A stretch of DNA of 52,495 nt from Girardia tigrina (lineage: Eukaryota). The notes beneath the pieces were generated by a model. It had not been told where the DNA came from. It saw only the letters and a program-made list of their open reading frames with translations, and made no database searches. The position numbers were made by a program, and so were the translations under genes. Location: positions 1 to 52,495 of the forward strand of contig MQRK01213901.1 of NCBI GenBank assembly GCA_001938485.1, given 5' to 3'. How positions within the stretch are numbered: position 1 is the first letter of the stretch; the number at the start of each line of letters is the position of its first letter. Below, one piece after another: positions 47,747 to 52,495 of the stretch.

Positions 47747-50700
47747 TAATATAAATTATTCAGAAATTATATTGCTGCTATGTGATTTGTAAAGACAGAA
47801 GAAACATTTATGCGACTAATGTAATATCTAACAACAACAAACCTAAATTAAATTTTAAAAAAATTGAATTAAATATCAATTTATAATCGAAATTTAAATA
47901 TTTTAAATAGACTTTAAAAATATCGATATTTTAATGTTAGTTTGTTTTTCTAAAATAAACATACGATAACATTTTAGCTAATACAAATAAGTAAGATAAA
48001 TATAAATAATTTTCCAAATAATAAAAAATAAATTATGAAATAATAATTTTGCAATAGTTTTAATTTTATAGAATGTGTATTTTTAGAACTTCAGGCAGTA
48101 AAAGTTTAAATGAATTAAGTCACTGATGTTTGTACTTCTTTTGTTCTCACGTATCAATGTACGTAAAACAGAAATCCAAAAGCAAATAGAGAGATATTTC
48201 CCAACAATACATTTTATCATTTTGATGTTAAAACTGGAGTCTCAACCAGCTTATTTCTGATTAGAGTTCATTCGATTAAATAATCCTTATTTATGAATTA
48301 TATTAGTCAGTGACCAGAAGAGAACGGTTGATCTGTTGAAATATATTGTCGCTAAATATATTTTTTAAATTGTTAACTTTTGTTATCAGTAAAACATCGT
48401 CATCTGGAATGAAACTTGTGAGGATTTTAGATGTCTCTTAAATTTTTGAATTAAAGATTTAAAAAATTTTAAATCAATATTTAACTATAAAAGTAAAAAA
48501 TAGAAATTTATTGTAAAAAAGACCATAAAATACAGTATAAAGTTTCAATATTAATAATATTTAAAAATGTTTTAGATACTATTTGAAATAATAAAACTTG
48601 TAATTAAATAGATTTAAAAAACGAATTAAATTTTTAAAAAGTAATAAATAAAATAGATTTAAAAACCAATTAAATATAAGATCCAGAAAAGACTTTAACA
48701 TAATGTATTAAACTTTAAATGTAAATACAAAATGGAAAAAACTAAATATCATAATAAATATTACATTTTAGTTAAGTTTAATAAAATGATTATTCAAAAG
48801 AAAATACAATATTTAAAAACAATATGTATATAATGAAATATAAATATTAATATAAAATATTTGAAAATAGTTTATGTTCATAATAGTTTTTAAATTAAAA
48901 AGTAAATACAATATATAATTTCAAAAATAATAAATTAACATATTTTGATATTTACAATTATTTAGACATTATTGGTTTGTCCAAGAAAAATTAAAAATCG
49001 TCCCTCAGAAATTTACTTAGGTAAAGCTTGTTTAAATAATATGTTTATTGTTGTTATTAAATAAAACTTTCAAAATGTCTTTTTCGGAAATTTCATCGCA
49101 ACAAAACTACGAACCTAATAAAACTTATCAATAAATTTTATTATTTGTAACATTTTACTACTGAGAATTTTTTTAATTAAGCTTTTAATAATATCTTATA
49201 ATAAGCAGTAATTATAATTTTTAAGTTATTTCGAGGTTTCAGACACATTAAAAATAATGACTATGTTCTTATGTAAACAAAACGGAATTCATTGATCTTT
49301 AGGTAAGATAAATTTCGACAAAAATTAAAATAACTCTGACAAGCTGCAAAAACAAAAGTAATTAAAAAGGAAATAACGGTTTTTATTGAACTTTATGAAG
49401 TAAGGCGGTAAGTAATATGTAAAACAAGTTTTAATGACAAACATAGGATTAAATTATTGTAATAAAAGTATTTGAAATTAATAAATCTTCAATATAATTT
49501 GTAAAAACATACGAATTAATGAACTTTAAAACATACAAAATAATAATTTTCTTACGTTACCTTTATCTTGTATTATTCAGAGAGCCTTAAAAGGTATTGT
49601 CTATCTCGAAAACTGATGCGAAAATAGTAAGACAAGACTAACAAGCTAAACGGTAGTTGCTCCAAATGGAGTCTATTAAGACGATACATATTTTGTTTAA
49701 TTTTTTTATAATCACAAATTAGATCATCCTTGGGACAATCATTTATAAAGCATTCGTAATTAGACATCCTTCTTGATTGATATATAAAGGGAATTTCAAA
49801 TTCTTATTATTCGAAAAATTTAATAATAAATCATTTTTTATAAAATATTGAATTTTAAGTTTACTTTAATAAATAATAGTTTTAGCTCTGAAATTCTGTC
49901 CGAATAATATATATAAATATCGATTGTTAATTATTTGATATATAAATATTAATTTATACAATGACTACGGATTTGAGTCAAGCAAAACCGAGTTCAGATG
50001 AATCTAATTCTCTGCCTATCTCAAACAGCACTAAAAGTCAAACAAATTCGCCAAAATGGTTTTCATCATCATTAAGTTTCACAAGTGCTAGATTTCGAAT
50101 GGTTGCGAATTCTGAACTGTAAATCATCAAATATCAATGCTTCATTGAAGAAGATCTTCGTCACGATCAGTACTCTTATTGGGATATAATCATGCAATTT
50201 CAGACTTGCTTCTGGGGGTATTACTAAAGAAAGACTCGTTTCATTCATATAAAGTAGGAATTAATTCCGTATAGAATATTTCAGAAAAAACTTTTCATTT
50301 ATGAAAAATGTTACTCAATCGTGTGTAATTCATATTCCAAGGACGCTTATCGATTTTACGTGTCTGAATAAATTTTGGGATCCTCAATTATCAATTGATC
50401 AAGTGGTATCGATCGGGGAAGTTAAAGAAGAAAAACAGCTATTTTGACGCAATATTCTATCAAATATGAATAAACTTTTCGAAGAATATTATTTAATTAT
50501 AGATTGTTATTCTCACCAATTGCGTCAGAAATAATTAAATAACTGGTTAAAAAACTCGAAACATCGCAGTATTCACTGTTATTTCGAAACCATCCAGGAG
50601 ATCTATAATCAGAAACGGACTTGGATAGTCATTTAGAAACGTCAAATTGTGAAACTAAAGCAATAATTAAATGGAAACCCCCCCTCGTTAGGGCAAAAAT

Positions 50701-51202
50701 TATTGATTGTCGTTCGATTGCAAACAAATTGGGGCAGCATTCTTAGGGGCCCGAATGCTAATAGTCACCTCAATCTCGAAAGGTAATTTCAAAGAGTTTT
50801 CATCTACCTTCTGAAACTTACTCTTAAAGTTCTCTATTTTACATAATTTTTTTTCTCTTGATATTACTAGTTCCTCGTTCTTCTAAAGACAGCATCTTTA
50901 GATGAGACCTTTTGAATAGTACTAATTTAGAAATCTGTTTCATGTATTGTTATTTGTGATTTATACTATTATACAAATATCATTTTCTCAAAAAATATAA
51001 AAATTAATTTCTTTTCAAGTAAAGCAATAATCAATGTCTTTAGTTATTTTTTCAGTCTTTACGTATATATTCCACGTAGATAATTTTTCAAGTCGACGAC
51101 CGATATTTATTTAATTATCAGCTCACTTGGGTAAAATTCAGTCGAAGTAAGTTCATATGGCAGTACCATCTACCTGTTCTATCAGATAACCTAAGCTTTA
51201 TT

Positions 51203-51373
51203 TCATGACTATGGCACGGAATTTAATGACCTTACAAATCAAAAAATGACTCTATTTTATTTCCTCTCTTTTCGGGTGAGATATTATTTTGTTCTTCCCC
51301 TCTGCAAATAGAATCGCCATCGTCACGAATCCGCCGCAGTCACATCACTGCGCCACCCACTCTGTTATCAATG

Positions 51374-51433
<60 letters not shown>

Positions 51434-51585
51434 CGATAACAGAGTGGGTGGCGCATTAATGTGACTGCGGCGACTCTATTTGCAGAGGGGAAGAACCAAA
51501 TAATATCTCACCCGAAAAGAGAGGAAATAAAATAGAGTTATTTTTTTGATTTTTAAGGTCATTAAATTCCGTGCCCTAGTCATGA
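51203..51585. repeat. Foldback inverted repeat with (ATT)10(AAT)10 centre
   Basis: The ~190-bp arms are reverse complements with scattered substitutions and one ~17-bp indel; no spacer (axis at 51403/51404). Confidence 0.95.
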
Positions 51586-52495
51586 CCCTTACGGAAAAGG
51601 AGAAAAAGATCCGAAAATGTAGTACCTCTAATTACTTTTGGACACCCTACACAAAAATCAGTTAATAGAGTTCTCTGACGTTTTTAACATCCCTATTTGA
51701 TAATTTAATGAATTTTAGTAATAAATCGTAATTGAATAAAGTTACAAATAATAAAATTATCATCGAGAACTAAGTATCAAATTCAGCTAAGCTGTAAATT
51801 TATATTTTTATTATATTGGGTTTTACAAAAATTGATTGTATTATAAAGTTTTGTTACAATGAAAAATCATATCATATTATTTATTTATTATTTTAATTCT
51901 GTCATTTATGTGACAGTTATATATAGTTTCCGGAGAAATTTTTTTAGTACTTTACTAAATCATATTATTTTATAAAGATAAATTATTCAGTCGACTGTTT
52001 CCAAATAAATACATCTATTCAGCTTTTGTCATTCACTATTATAGTGGAAATATTTCGATAAATCCCTAGACCAGATCAGCAATTTTTAATTCAGTTTTGT
52101 AGACATATTCTGACCAAAGAAGACATGTCCCATCATATTCATTTAAATCGTAATATTTCGTATTTTTTTACTAAACGTTTAATGTTAAGAAACCTTTTTA
52201 AACTTACATATTTTCTTTGTAGGATGATCAGATTGCGAGTGATCACTAACATCAATATTTGACTAAGGTTTTTGGAACATATGTATGCATATTTATATAT
52301 ATTGGAAGACATGTGATTCAGAAGTTACATAAACATCTTTAATGCAATATTTTCTCCATTCTTTTTATTAACTTACTTTATATATACAGTCTGAGTCATA
52401 TAATTATCACTTTTTTAAATAAAGCCCTATCTTTTCTATTATTTAAGATATATCTCTGTAATTTAGTATATATATATTACTCATGTTATATAACA

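Noticed and set aside
48100-48430. piggyBac transposase remnant on minus
   Set aside because: One weak motif (TYIDT*ENKR); no TIR or TTAA boundary found.
49960-50690. Coding-like stretch starting MTTDLSQAKPSS
   Set aside because: Early stop, multiple frame breaks and no recognisable family.

Overview
Very AT-rich animal genomic DNA with N gaps. It is probably a planarian flatworm, an inference from the innexin N-terminus, the 44-50 nt introns and the TE content. Two spliced host genes can be rebuilt from the sequence. (1) On +, the 3' part of a single-pass transmembrane mucin (<1..6532): a SEA-like module with a GSVLV motif, a ~120-aa Ser/Thr tandem repeat, a TM helix and a Tyr/PDZ-motif tail. 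(2) On -, a complete 445-aa innexin (38208..17580) whose second intron is 19.2 kb and full of transposons. The rest is mostly transposon remains: one DD37E Tc1-like element with an unbroken ORF, four decayed mariners, an IS630/Tc1-like remnant, a Buster-type hAT, a Helitron with two tandem terminators, Gypsy fragments (one CsRn1-like), an RTE-like LINE fragment, a group of LTR-like elements with terminal hairpins, a MITE and a ~380-bp spacerless foldback. No rRNA, tRNA, CRISPR array or convincing ribozyme was found. The best candidates for novelty are the mucin architecture, the hairpin-ended LTR-like family and the foldback.
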